Shown here: positions 12,586 through 24,970 of the stretch, piece by piece
How positions within the stretch are numbered: position 1 is the stretch's first letter
Layout of the letters: each line of letters starts with the position of its first letter
DNA from: Octopus sinensis
Taxonomy: Eukaryota
NCBI RefSeq assembly: GCF_006345805.1
Contig: NC_043005.1
Location: 7,936,001-8,000,000, forward strand
DNA: 64,000 nucleotides
Direction: 5' to 3'
Program-made: the position numbers and the translations under genes
Notes under the pieces: model-generated
The model's input: the letters and a program-made list of their open reading frames with translations, nothing else
Told to the model about the DNA's origin: nothing
Databases searched by the model: none

Positions 12586-12788
12586 TATCCTTTCTACTGT
12601 AGGCAGAAGGTTTGACATTTTTGTGATAGTCGAGATAATCGACCCCACTGTTTTACTGGTAATTATTTCACCGACCCCAAAAGGGTGAAAGGCAAAGCAC
12701 GGCGGTATTTGAACTCGGATCGTAAAGACAGACGAGACACCGCTACGTATTTTACCCAGCGTGATAACGGTTCTGCCAACTCGCCACT
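12586..12788 (-). mobile_element. SINE family A (A2), diverged
   Basis: Reverse-complement head, B box and tail ATCCTTTCTACT. Confidence 0.8.
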
Positions 12789-12995
12789 TTTATGTACAGG
12801 TACATAATAGTAATATTACAACTAAATTCTTTGCAGATGATAATTTTAATTTAGAAAATTTAGATTTCTTAAAATTTAGTCCTTAGCTGTGCCAGCTTGC
12901 TAAATTAAAATAAGTATGATGGAGTATGTAAGTAGTTTATGAGTCTCTCAACATCTACGGACATGACTATGTATAGAAAGCGATTCTATTTACAA

Positions 12996-13391
12996 CTAGC
13001 AGTATCGCCCGGCGTTGCTCGGGTTTGTATGGGAAATAACTATATAAGCATTTTTAGAGATGTAAAGTATAACAGCCATCTCAATATGGCTAACCACAAG
13101 GGGGTGGTGTTACTGTAGCTTTTTACGTTCTGAGATTTAATAATAAATTTTTAGAGAGTTACTTCCCTTATATATGCCAAAAATGCATTAAAAATGGGAA
13201 AAATTGATGGTAAATTTTTTTTTAAATCGTAGACTCATCGTAGACGCGCGCTAATACCCAGAAGGGCTCGATATGAATCACGACTATAAGATACCCAGTT
13301 TTGGTTAAACTGCACCGCAAAATGTGGGAGTAGTTAGGAATCTAAATCGTAGGAGACAGACAGCACACAACCTTACTTTTATGTATAAAGA
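12996..13391 (-). mobile_element. Non-autonomous Helitron
   Basis: On the minus strand: A|TC start, CCCGAGCAACGCCGGG hairpin, CTAG|T end. Homologous to 34251-34650. Confidence 0.9.
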
Positions 13392-14457
13392 TTACAGCGT
13401 GGATGACACATATATTAGCCATCTGTACTTAATCATCATTATTTGGGGACAAAATGTGTGTTTTTGAATTGTTAATACGTCTTTCACAATGTAATTGTTT
13501 TAGTTTCAACGCCATTTCTGATCAAATCGCTTCTATTTAGTCAACCGATAAAAAATCAAAAAATCAGAGAAGTTAAAACTGTCCCTGGAAAAGTTTTGCA
13601 CTGTCAGCATAATTAACGGAATACCATACTCCGAGAAACTCTGTACTCACAACTCTTCATTACGAATGAAGTCCAATGGAAGCAACTGAAAGAGGAATAA
13701 GTCGACCGAAATGCTAACCTTTATCTATGTGTGTTGTCTTTGTCGAACTTGCTTCTCTGGCAGAATTGTTCACCGTTGTGATATTCTTTAAAAAAACAAA
13801 CTAATCAGTGATCATGCCTATCATCACGACTGGCTTCAGTATTTTGAAAAATGGCATTTGTAGAGACTAAAGTACTGGCAATGCTTAAATCTTCTATGTT
13901 GCGTTTGCCTTTGTCTGATATCGGAAATTAGTCTTATTTGAAATAATTGATGTCACGTAAGTTTCAGATGAAGTAGTCTTAGAAACAACACAGAAACACC
14001 GCCAATAAAAAAATGATATTAAAACGACATGAAAAGAAAATCTTAGAGCACTTAATACTTTGATTTACTGACGATGAGACATTCATCGAAATGAAGTAAA
14101 TATTGATATTCTCCATAGTAACACCATAATATTACTTTTTTATGTTTACGATAGCAGAATAATTGATAGCTGCTGATGGCTGGTGTTCCTAAAATCCCGA
14201 CCTTCAAGTGATATTACAGCACGTCACATATTAAAATGCCGAAGAAAATCACGATTCTTTTGACCCATGACAAACAATCAGAAAATCTAAAGAAAACAAT
14301 GTGAAATCAGAGACTCATGCAGAATTCAGTTTAGTACAGATAAAAAGCAAACAGTTTAATATTTACGAAAGTATTGTTGTAATATAATGCAAATGTTAGA
14401 AGACTGATGGTCGTATTCAAAATAATTATAGAGGTAAGTGTGTCGATAATAATAATA

Positions 14458-14866
14458 ATCCTTTATACTAAAGGCACGAGGCCCGAAATTTTGGTGGAGG
14501 GGTTAGTTAATCATATCGACCTCAGAACGTAACTCTTACTTATTTTATCCCCGAAAAGATGTTAGGCAAAGTTGACCTCGGCGGAATTTGAAATAAGAAG
14601 TCCAGCGTGCTAACATTTCTGTTAGCTCGCCGCCTTAATAATGATAATAATAATAATCCTTTCTACTGAAGGCACGCGGCCTGGAATTTTCGGGGTGGGG
14701 GTGGGGGCACTAGTCGATTACATTGGCGCCAGTGTTTCACTGGTAGTTAAGTTATTGACCCCACCAAAAAGATAAAAGGCAAAGTCGACCTCACAACATA
14801 AAGACGAACGAAATGCCGCTAAGTATTTCGCCCGGTTTGCTAACGATTTTGCCAGCTCACCGCCTT
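14458..14866 (-). mobile_element. Two tandem SINE-A (A2) copies (14458-14636, 14656-14866)
   Basis: Each copy has head, B box, core and ATT tail. They are separated by (AAT)n. Confidence 0.82.
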
Positions 14867-14898
14867 GATAATGACAATAATAATAATAATCGCATCAT

Positions 14899-15132
14899 CT
14901 TAACCATTTGAACATGTCACTTAGTGGCTGACAATATTTACATCTCTGATCACGAGCTGAAGTAGTGGGGGACCATCATAGTCATGTGTTGAAAGAAATT
15001 CTTTGGGATTTAAATAATTTACTGCTTTAAATATTGGTGTTTCGTTCCTCATCTTTAAACAAACCTTATTCAGGGGCCTTGTCTGCAAGAGGGGCTACTC
15101 GAACTGAAGAAAAGTCTAACTGGGCCCCACCT
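14899..15132 (+). mobile_element. Family D fragment
   Basis: Matches 20264-20500 and the reverse complement of about 8180-8415. Confidence 0.78.
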
Positions 15133-15210
15133 ACATTGCTCATACACAGTTCACCATGTCGCTAAGCATTTTGCCCGGCATGCTAACGATTCTGCCAGCT
15201 CATTGCCTTA

Positions 15211-15227
15211 AATAATAATAATAATGA

Positions 15228-15282
<55 letters not shown>

Positions 15283-15325
15283 GCTACTGCTGCTGCTGCT
15301 GCTGCTGATGATGATGATGATGATA
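15211..15325. repeat. Compound trinucleotide run TAA>TAC>TGC>TGA
   Basis: Directly visible. Confidence 0.95.
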
Positions 15326-15339
15326 AATCCTTTTTAATC

Positions 15340-15415
15340 GATGTATTTTTAAAAGAAACGGAGAAACTTTCAAAATACAAAGCTCTAGAAATAGCGGTAA
15401 CTCGAATGTGGAGCC
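15340..15415 (+). mobile_element. R4/Dong C-terminal fragment
   Basis: Translates to LKETEKLSKYKALEIAVTRMWS, matching EKLSKYKDLEIEVTRMWN of the 8608-10380 copy. Confidence 0.75.
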
Positions 15416-15696
15416 GTTTTCTTTTCGATCTCAGTGTATCTTGGACGACTTGACGCAACATATCTAGCCTTTTATAGAGACGGTATGGTCTTATCATAAG
15501 GAGGCAACAGGGTATGATTACTGGCCATCATATGAGGAGAGGCCGGCTTCGGAATACTTTATGAGGTCTGGAAAGCTGAAAGGAAGATCAGGAAGACAAA
15601 TAGATAAGATAGTTGATAATCTTACCTTGGTAACAGAAAGACCGCCTTAATAACTGGTTAAGTTTGAGTAGGACACACTGGAGTGATTGTGACTAT

Positions 15697-15953
15697 CTGT
15701 TTCTTTACTACCCACAAGGGGCTAAACATAGAGGGGACAAACAAGGACAGACAAACGAATTAAGTCGATTACATCGACCCCAGTGCGAATAAAAATTATC
15801 ATCTGCAAAGAATTTAGTTGTAATGTTACTATTATCCGAAAGGATGAAAGGTAAAGTCGACCTCGGCGGAATTTGAACTCAGAACGTAACGGCAGACGAA
15901 ATACGGCTCCGCATTCCGCCCGGCGTACTAACGATTGTGCCACCTCACCGCCT
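15697..15953 (-). mobile_element. SINE family A (A1) with a foreign 44-bp patch in the core
   Basis: Full head and A1 tail (...GTGGGTAGTAAAGAAA). The core is interrupted at 15792-15835. Confidence 0.88.
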
Positions 15954-16036
15954 AGTGACTATAAGCACTTGTTGTATGGCACGTAATGAAGAAAAAGGGT
16001 CTAATTTGAAAGAGTTTGACAGCTATTTGTGATGTT

Positions 16037-16265
16037 AAGCGGCAGAATCGTTAGCACGCCGGGCGAAATGCGTAGCCGCATTTCGTCTGTCGTTACGTTG
16101 TGAGTTCAAATTCCGCCGAGGTGAACTTTGCCTTTCATCCTTTCGGGGTCGATAAATTAAGTACCAGTTACGCACTGGGGTCGATGTAATCGATTTAATA
16201 CCTATGTCTGTCCTTGTTTGTCCCCTCTGTGTTTAGCCCCTTGTGGGTAATAAAGAAATAGGTAT
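16037..16265 (+). mobile_element. SINE family A (A1), head-to-head with the previous copy
   Basis: B box, core and A1 tail. Confidence 0.88.
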
Positions 16266-17686
16266 CATTGCCTTTTTTGTTGGTTCATAGTAGGGATGGC
16301 TAGTGGTGGTAACGTTGATGGATACAAGTAATTAAAATAGAGAGTAAGAAGTTGCAGAGCATCGGCAGTCTAAGTGTTAGAAAGACCTGATTGAAATATA
16401 TCTAACATTATAGAATCGAATGTGGTCAGGCATCTTCTCGACCTATTGATTACTACCATGTCAATGTTTTCAAGTTTCTATTGTTTCACTTTGTCTATGC
16501 TACCAAAATTATAAACAAAAATGGAAAAAATAACGACAAAAAAACAAAAGACAGGAAAAAAAGAAAACGAAACGACTAGCCATACTATAGCGAACAGAAT
16601 AATAAATAAAGTGATACGTAGATAAGGAAATATAATATATTGAAAATTTTCAAGATATAGATAAATAAGCAAGTGAAAAATGAAAATAATATCGAAAATT
16701 AAAGTTTAGATTAAAGAAGGGAAACTGAAAGAATGATGAAATAACTACAATAAAAAGAAATAAAAGCTATCGATAGTGTGGAACTGTATGACAGCAAAAA
16801 ACGCATTGGTATCAATCCACAATGTTTAAAAGGAGAATATTCAGCTTTGAACAGAAAAGAAAAAAATCTATAAAATATAGATAATCTATGAAAACATTAA
16901 GATGATTAAAAAACAAAAAAATAGTGCCGGTTTTTTTTTTTTACACATCTATTAATATTTCGAAAAGTTATAAGGTGGAAAAAAAACCCGAATATAGTAC
17001 AAAACCCACATTGCTTTGGGTTGTATATATATATAGTAAACACGTTTAGTAAACATATATACGCAAACATTCGAAATATACATACAAATCAGTGAAAGGG
17101 TTCTTTAATGGTTTCGTCAAACCTATTGAACATAGCTTCTATATAATACGAGCTGCATATTTTACGTGATAACATTTTAGGACGAGAAACTTCAAAATAA
17201 TGACAACAAGCTAGTAACCTGTTCATCGATCGAACGTCATTTACATCGGCCACATCTAAAGGCTACATAACAAGAAACATCAACGTAGATAGCCATAAAA
17301 TTATATGCATTAACATTCCCAAGCATGTCTATCTACCGCTACCTTCAGTTTTCAAGACTTTTCGATTCACAGAGCACTGGATAAGATGTTAAAAGTGTAG
17401 CATACATATCAGCTTTAAAAAGCTTTATTGCACTACCTATACACACTTACACACACACATAGGCATACTCATACGCGCCCACACCCACGAACACATATAT
17501 AAATAACGTGTGTTAGAATTGCTATAAGATGGGGGATGCAATTTGAAGCGAAGAAAAACACAAGTACGAGTGCGGTGTTTTGAAAAAGCATTTTCTAGAC
17601 ATTGCTATTCTCTGACATATAAAAACTTGCCATACGATTCTCGTATATAAATGAGATCTCTTATTCTCCCTTTCACTTTCTTCATT

Positions 17687-17935
<249 letters not shown>

Positions 17936-18017
17936 ATATAAATGAGTAGTATCAGATTTAGATTCAAAGAATCGTTTGGATATCACAGAAAAGCTCCACT
18001 TATGGAATGGATTATCA

Positions 18018-18365
18018 GTCGACTTTGCCTTTCATCCTTTCGGGGTCGATTAAATAAGTACCAGTTACGCACTGGGGTCGATATGATCGACTTAATCCGT
18101 TTGTCTGCCCTTGTTTGTCCCCTCTGTGTGTAGCCACTTCTGGACAGTAAAGAAATAAGAATATTTAGCAGCTGGCTAAAATGCCTGATGGCATTTCGGC
18201 CATCTTTATATTCTTAATTCAAATCCCACCGAGGTCGGCTTTGCCTTTCATTGTTTGTGGGGAAGGGGGGCGATAAAATAAGTACCACGTGATCACTGGG
18301 TCGCTGTAACCGACTTATTTCAGTCCCTGAAATTGTTGCATTTATACCAACATTTGAAATCAATA
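18018..18365 (+). mobile_element. Headless SINE-A1 (18018-18158) followed by a diverged SINE-A
   Basis: Core and A1 tail, then a degenerate head, B box and core. Confidence 0.75.
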
Positions 18366-18556
18366 TTACTAATCAATGTAACGAATTGATTATAGTATGT
18401 CCGCATCTTGAAGACAATCGTTCCTATACGCTAATCATAAACTAGCTTATGAAAATGACACAAATAAACTTTATAATCTTGATGAGCGCGACTGACTGTG
18501 TTTCTATCGAATGATGATCATAATTCAGTTTCCCCTCTGCCATTCTACTACTATGT

Positions 18557-18938
18557 AAATGCCCAATGGCCCAGTGGTTAGGGCAGCGGACTCGTGGTCA
18601 TAGGATCGCGGTTTCGATTCCCAGACCGGGTGCTGTGAGTGTTTATTGAGCGAAAACACCTAAAGCTCCACGAGGCTCTTGCAGGGGATGGTGGTGATCC
18701 CTGCTGTACTCTTTCACCACAACCTTCTCTCACTCTTACTTCCTGTTTCTGTTGTATCTGTATTTCAAAGGGCCGGCCTTGCCACTCTCTTTGTCACGTT
18801 GAATATACCCGAGAACTGCGTTAAAGGTATACGTGTCTGTGGAGTGCTCAGCCACTTACACGTTAATTTCACGAGCAGGCTGTTCCGTTGATTCGGATCA
18901 ACCGGAACCGTCGTCGTCGTAACCTACGGAGTGCTTCC
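18557..18938 (+). mobile_element. tRNA-derived SINE family C
   Basis: A box TGGCCCAGTGGTTAG, B box GTTTCGATTCCC. The 3' part is shared with 43449-43760. Confidence 0.82.
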
Positions 18939-18966
18939 AAAAAAACTATGTAAAACTACTTAATGA

Positions 18967-19040
18967 CCTATAGATACGTAGCATTCCAAATTCTCATACC
19001 TATAGATACGTAGCATTCCAATTTCTCATACCTATAGATT
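18967..19040. repeat. 32-bp tandem duplication (~2.3 copies)
   Basis: ACCTATAGATACGTAGCATTCCAA(A/T)TTCTCAT repeated. Confidence 0.85.
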
Positions 19041-19314
19041 TTTTTTACCGTAACTAGACTTTTTAAGTACTACTGAAGTTGCTATTCTTTGATGTCCACC
19101 TCGGTTCTGTAATTCTGCACCTGTGAACACCTAACTGTAATCTTAAACATTATATATTACATATGATTTATTCAAATTACTTTTAATAATCCCTGTGGTA
19201 GATTCAATTCAGTAGACGTGATTACAGTTTATTCTTAGGGATGGTTAAACGTTTACTTCCATATGTTTGTATACGTGCTGCATATGCATATTATATTATA
19301 TTATATTATATTAT

Positions 19315-19346
<32 letters not shown>

Positions 19347-19388
19347 TATATGTATGTACGTATGTATATATATATGTATGGGCATGAG

Positions 19389-19433
<45 letters not shown>

Positions 19434-19435
<2 letters not shown>

Positions 19436-19740
19436 AGGCACAATGGCCCAGTGGTTAGGGTAGCGGACACGCGGTTGTAGGATCGCAGCTTCGATTCCCA
19501 GACCGGGCGTTGTGAGTGTTTATTGAACGAAAACGCCTAAAGCTCCACGAGGCTTCAGCAGGGGGTGGTGGTGATCCCTACTGTACACTTTGGCCACAAC
19601 TTTCTCTCACTCTTTCTTCAGTTGACCTACTCGCTTAGCCAGCGGGGTGGGATAATTTAAAGGCTAAAACAATGCGAAGCACATTGTGATCAGCGATATG
19701 TAGCAACATCTGATCGATTGGTCGGTCACGGTGATCACGA
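19434..19740 (+). mobile_element. SINE family C variant with an alternative 3' tail
   Basis: Same head and middle as 18557. The sequence diverges after CTCTCACTCT. Confidence 0.78.
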
Positions 19741-19784
19741 TGATATATATATATATATATTTATATATGCACACGCAGACACAT

Positions 19785-19830
<46 letters not shown>

Positions 19831-20099
19831 GTGTGTGTGTGCTTCGTTTATGCTGTTCTATGCATGTATTTATCTTCATATTTAAAAGCTCTACATACTT
19901 AGCGTGTATCTATATGAGTATGTGCGTGTATGTGTGTATGTGTATATGTGTATATGTGAGTGTGCATGTCTGGTTGTGTACGTGTATAAGATTTAAAATA
20001 TGCATATTTTGAATATATACAGGGTATGGGTATTTGTCTCTTTGTCATCTGGCTTTCTCTCAACCCCTTTTATTGTCCCTCTCTCTTTCGATATATATA

Positions 20100-20263
20100 T
20101 AACATACAGAAAGTTGCACTACTGGGCACCTTACACATCCTACGTGAAACACTTTGAATTCAGTGAAAATAAGAGCATCACGGCAAACCACAGCACGTAT
20201 CCAAGGCACACAGAGCTGCGCTCGGCAGTGAAGTGAAAGCACGTTATAAAAATAAAACTACTG
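20100..20263 (+). mobile_element. R4/Dong 3' end
   Basis: Translates to QKVALLGTLHILRETL. The 3' UTR CACAGAGCTGCGCTCGG...AAAATAAAACTACTG matches 8608-8700. Confidence 0.85.
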
Positions 20264-20667
20264 ACCTTAACCAGTTGAGCATGTCCCTTAGTGGCTGACG
20301 ATATGTGCATCTCTGATCACGAACAGAAGTAGTGGGGGAGCATTATAGCCATGTGTTGAGAGGGATTCTTTGGGGTTTGAATAATTCACCTCTGGAGACA
20401 TGGGTGGTTCTTTCAACATCCTTAAACAATCCTTATTCAGGGACCTTTTGAGCGGGATGGGCTACTCAACCTGAAGAAAATTCTAACTGGGCCCCACCTG
20501 CAAGGTCATGTGCTGTTTATTTTGATATGAGATCACCATGTCGCGCACATATGGTTGTGATGTATGTGCCTGGTGTCCCCTTATCAGACGGGTAGTCTGA
20601 TGGGTATATTGGGCTTCGTATATTTTAGCCCAGTGTCACTTTGATGGCATGAACTGCTCTCTCACGC

Positions 20668-20710
<43 letters not shown>
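20264..20710 (+). mobile_element. Family D, 5'-truncated, with (AAT)n tail
   Basis: Matches the reverse complement of 8006-8415. Confidence 0.8.
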
Positions 20711-20711
<1 letters not shown>

Positions 20712-20729
20712 CAATAATGATGATGATGA

Positions 20730-20970
20730 TACAGAAATGATAAAAAGACAATTAAGGAAATTCCAAAATTGTAACAGCCTAGGGCCAGATGGTGTCCAAG
20801 TTTACTGGATGAAGAAGCTGAGAAACCTCCATAGCACAACCGTTGCATGGGTGCTTGCAGGAAAGCTCTGTCACCAATTGATGACCAAAGGAAAGATATT
20901 GTTATGTGCCAAGGATCCTGAAAAGGGTAAAATTGTATCCAACTTTCGACCAATAACGTGTCTTCCGATA
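20730..20970 (+). pseudogene. R4/Dong RT N-terminal fragment
   Basis: LGPDGVQVYWMKKL...MTKGKILLCAKDPEKG..SNFRPITCLP. Confidence 0.82.
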
Positions 20971-21427
20971 GGTAATCATTCTCTGGAACTACCGATCAGA
21001 CGTCGTTATTCATTGCAGGAATGCAACTACAGAAGACGGGACCGATACCGGCCGCCTTGAGAATGGTCACCAAGTATTTTTTAGTCGACCCTATCGAAGG
21101 CTTTCCTTAGCTGAGAGTCGTGGCAGACTGTCAAGGTAGGCACTAAAATCCGTTCTGTGTTCCGGCTCGCCATTGTTATTATTCTATCGATTGTACAACT
21201 GCTATTTTCGTGACCCAGAGAATCGATTCAAGAAGGTGAATAATCTGTGTAATTTACTAACTTGTTGGAAAATAAATGTTATATAGAGATCCCAGTTTTT
21301 TTTTATGAGCAACAGTGTTCTTTTGAGAAGCGCTGGTATCCTTGGTTGTATCTGTTCTATGAAAAATTTCTGGTTATGCTTAATATACAAACTGGAATCA
21401 TTCGTCAATCCAGAGCAAATATTCAAA

Positions 21428-21535
21428 CACACACACACACACACGCACACGCACACACACACACACACACGCACACACACACACACACACGCACGCACGC
21501 ACACACACACACACGCACACACACACACACACACA
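21428..21535. repeat. (CA)n/(CACG) microsatellite
   Basis: Directly visible. Confidence 0.95.
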
Positions 21536-22619
21536 TTCTAAAACAAGTGTTAAATCATATTACTAATATTTCTTGTGCGTTATGCATAAAATTCACTTTC
21601 TTCTGACGAGAGTCACTGTGGCCCTGTTGTTAGTACAATCCAACAGTGCTGTTGATGTGTTTACTGAAGTGTGTGCATTTACTGTTATGTCCTCTAACTA
21701 CATTTATTCGTACCTTTGCTGAACGGAAATAATTTCAAATTCGATATCTGTGTTCAGCGAAATATTGAATTACGTTGTTGTTTTGCACGCTATTATATCC
21801 AGAAGCTCTAATTATTTCCATACATATGCTGTCTTGCGCTCATTGAACTGTGTCAGAGTAACAAGTGAATATCTATTCACTGGTTGCATTTATTAAAATA
21901 TTTTACCACGGAAAATGAATAAATATTGTTTTATTTAGTTCTTATAAAGTACGTAACTTATTTTACTAGCATCGCTGTAGATTCTGACAACTAACATATA
22001 TATTAATTGAAACATTGCATTGACAAAAGTATATAGTATCACAGTTACCTACTGTTATACGTGTATGTATCGATGTATCGTTACAGGTCACCGATGTATT
22101 AGGAGCACTAACATTACAGTTATCAGAGGTATGAACGGCTACACATGTAGTCTATTTTTAATGACTTATATTCCAAGTATACCATTTTTAGTTTTTAATT
22201 ATTGAAATTTCCAGGAAATGTTGATGTTTTTTCTGTTCTCACGAGATAGTAACATCATTAAGAAGTCAGTTGTTATTATTAGAAGCTATTTGTTTGAGAC
22301 AGTACGGAGATAACGTTATCACATATACATTTTTCTTCAATAATCAGTAACTGTTTGTATTACTATGACCTGATAACACATGAAGTAAATACATCTTGGG
22401 TTACTACATAGAGTATTTATTTATATACTATATATCGCAACTTGTGAACAATAGTTTTGCTAGCTAAATGTTTCTAATGAGTCAGTCATTGGTTCACAAC
22501 ATTTTTGAGGGTGTGAGTGAGACAAGAGTTCCTGTAATTTGATATAGAACAAATATTCCAAAAGACTTCGTTTGAAAATCACCGGTTGATGGGTTTTCTT
22601 ACCGCTGTTTTTTTTTTAT

Positions 22620-23540
22620 ATACTTTGCCTTTATACATCGGCGTGAGATATACAGATTCATACTTATACTTTGAGGGTAATGGAAAATCGTACTTTTTAC
22701 TTTGACGTCAATACAGGAGCAATTTTGTTAGCTGAAATATGTGAATTAATCGGCTTTGAATTATTACACTTTATACACATTATATGTAATTTAATAAAAG
22801 GTACTTTGTACTGCAGTGACAGCTTGCTACTATCACACGGAAGGAATAACCAATAAACAGATAAATTTAGAGGAAACTTCATTAAGTTTTATCAAAATAC
22901 TTGAACCTTAAAATCAATGTCTACTCAAACTTCAAAATACTTAACAGCCTCGAATACCGTTAAAATTAGATATTTGCAAATATGTCTATCGAAAATTGAA
23001 TAAAATCCTGCATAAGAACTCAGTCAATTCATCTGCTATTTTACAGTGCCTTCACCAAAAGTAAAAACAGAAAACGTGAAAAATATGTCATGAACATCTT
23101 ACAATTTAAATGTAAAAGCATGCATCGTCAGAAAAGGCCTAAGGAGAGAAATACCAAAAATTCCATATAATTCAGAATTCATAAATTTCACCAAATATTT
23201 AACAAAAAGGAGACCAAATTCAGTTATTCTAGTATTTCCAAATTCCATTGTTCCTGTTGAATATGTGAGCTTCACACATCATCATGCCATGAAATTGAAT
23301 AAATCCGAACCCAGAAGTTAAATGCCAAACATGTGTCACCATCTAAAGTTCTTATATGTTACTAGTAAATACATAATCAATTGAGCATAAAACTGCTTTA
23401 TCCGTTTAACTAAAATAGCACCAACACAACTTACACACAGCTTATGGAACCAAATCAGATGCAAAGACAAGCCTCTGAAAACGCACATCCTGAATTTGAA
23501 GAAGGAAAAAATTATAGATTTTGACATAAGTAAATTTGGG
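22620..23540 (+). pseudogene. Heavily degraded Penelope-like RT/GIY-YIG region
   Basis: GAILLAEICELIGFELLH resembles the MGSFDGAEVCELVGL motif. TLYCSDSLLL resembles GLYRDDGL. The distal LKKEKIIDFDI-like segment resembles the GIY-YIG region. Many stops. Confidence 0.55.
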
Positions 23541-23590
23541 GTTTAATGTAAAAACACCAATAATCTCTGATTTTCTGAAACCTACGCATT

Positions 23591-24004
23591 ACTCTTTTAC
23601 TCCTTTACTCTTTTACTTATTTCAGTCATTTCACTGTGGTCATGCTGGAGCACCGCCTTTAGTCGACCCCAGGACTTATTCTACCTGTCGCTTTTGCCGA
23701 ACCACTAAGTTACGGGGAAGTAAACACACCAGCATCGGTTGTCAAGCGATGGTGGTGGGGGGGACAAACAAAAACATACAAACATATACGCACACATACA
23801 TATATGTATACATTTATACGACGGGCTTCTTTCAGTTTCCGCCTACAAAATCCACTCACAAGGCTTTGGTGGACCCGAGGCTATAGTAGAAGACATTTAC
23901 CCAAGGTGCCACACAATGGGAATGAATCCCGAACCATGTGGTTCGTAAGCAAGCTACTTACCACACACCCACTCCTGCGCCCATACTTACCACACAGCCA
24001 CTCC
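23591..24004 (-). mobile_element. CORE-type tRNA SINE family B
   Basis: Reverse complement of 32675-33087 and 38190-38577. Has the CCTTGGG(C/T)AA core and a TAAAAGAG tail. The 5' end is duplicated at 23985-24004. Confidence 0.88.
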
Positions 24005-24194
24005 TTCGTCTAGTAGTGAAGAATCTTGAAATTTTGCTACATGCCTGAAATATCTCAAATCACAATTCAAACTTTATATCTTTCTGAGGACATGCAATTT
24101 AATCTTTGTTCAAGTACTACAAGAGCCCACACATTAACTATTCTTTTACACTGAGCCAATATCTATCGAACCCAAAGTTAACTCCGCGAATAAC

Positions 24195-24600
24195 ATCTCT
24201 TCCAGCAATGGTCGATCAGAGCTGGTGGAGTGTGAGGGAAACATAAACTCAGATAAATACGTGTTCATATTGCAGAAAGGACTCCTTCTAATCTTCTCCA
24301 GTGGTGAAATGATTAAAGAAGATTATTTATGGAAGATGGGGCTCCTTGTCTCACGGCTAAAATGATTTGTTGGATGAGAATGCTATTAAAAGGCTTCCAT
24401 GGTCAGGCCAGTCACGAGATATGAACCCTATTGAACACCTCTGGGACATAATGGACAAGGCACTTCATAAAAAGAACAACAAAGCATCTTCAATACCAGA
24501 TCTTTTGATATTACTGTATAAAAGCTGGCAAGATATTCCGCAAGAGAATATTCGTCATCTGAATAGTAACATGCCTAATAGTGTCCTTGCACTGTCTATT
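24195..24600 (+). pseudogene. Tc1-family (DD34E) transposase C-terminal fragment
   Basis: EGNINSDKYVFIL...EDGAPC...WSGQSRDMNPIEHLWD, which resembles WPSQSPDLNPIEHLW. Confidence 0.82.
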
Positions 24601-24719
24601 AAATATTCACATTATAATAATTCATAAATAATTTGAATATATAATTTCAGATTTAAATAAATTTTTAATAAGTGTGTATATTTACTTTTGTCATGTTTAT
24701 ATCATATATAATATAAAAT

Positions 24720-24747
24720 ACGTCTGTGTGTGCGTGTGTGTGTGCGA

Positions 24748-24781
<34 letters not shown>

Positions 24782-24897
24782 CATACACACATAAACACGA
24801 ATATACAAATACAACACACACACCACATACACACGCATACGCCCGCACACGCACACGCACACACACACCACATACACACGCATACGCCCGCACACGC

Positions 24898-24931
<34 letters not shown>

Positions 24932-24970
24932 CACACACACACACAAGCACACACATACACACACACACGT
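24720..24970. repeat. Compound (TG)/(TA)/(CA) microsatellite with an internal ~36-bp duplication
   Basis: CACACCACATACACACGCATACGCCCGCACACGCACACG occurs twice. Confidence 0.85.

Noticed and set aside
13400-14130. Possible ancient mariner remnant on the minus strand
   Set aside because: Only vague motif echoes; no TIRs or catalytic motifs could be read.
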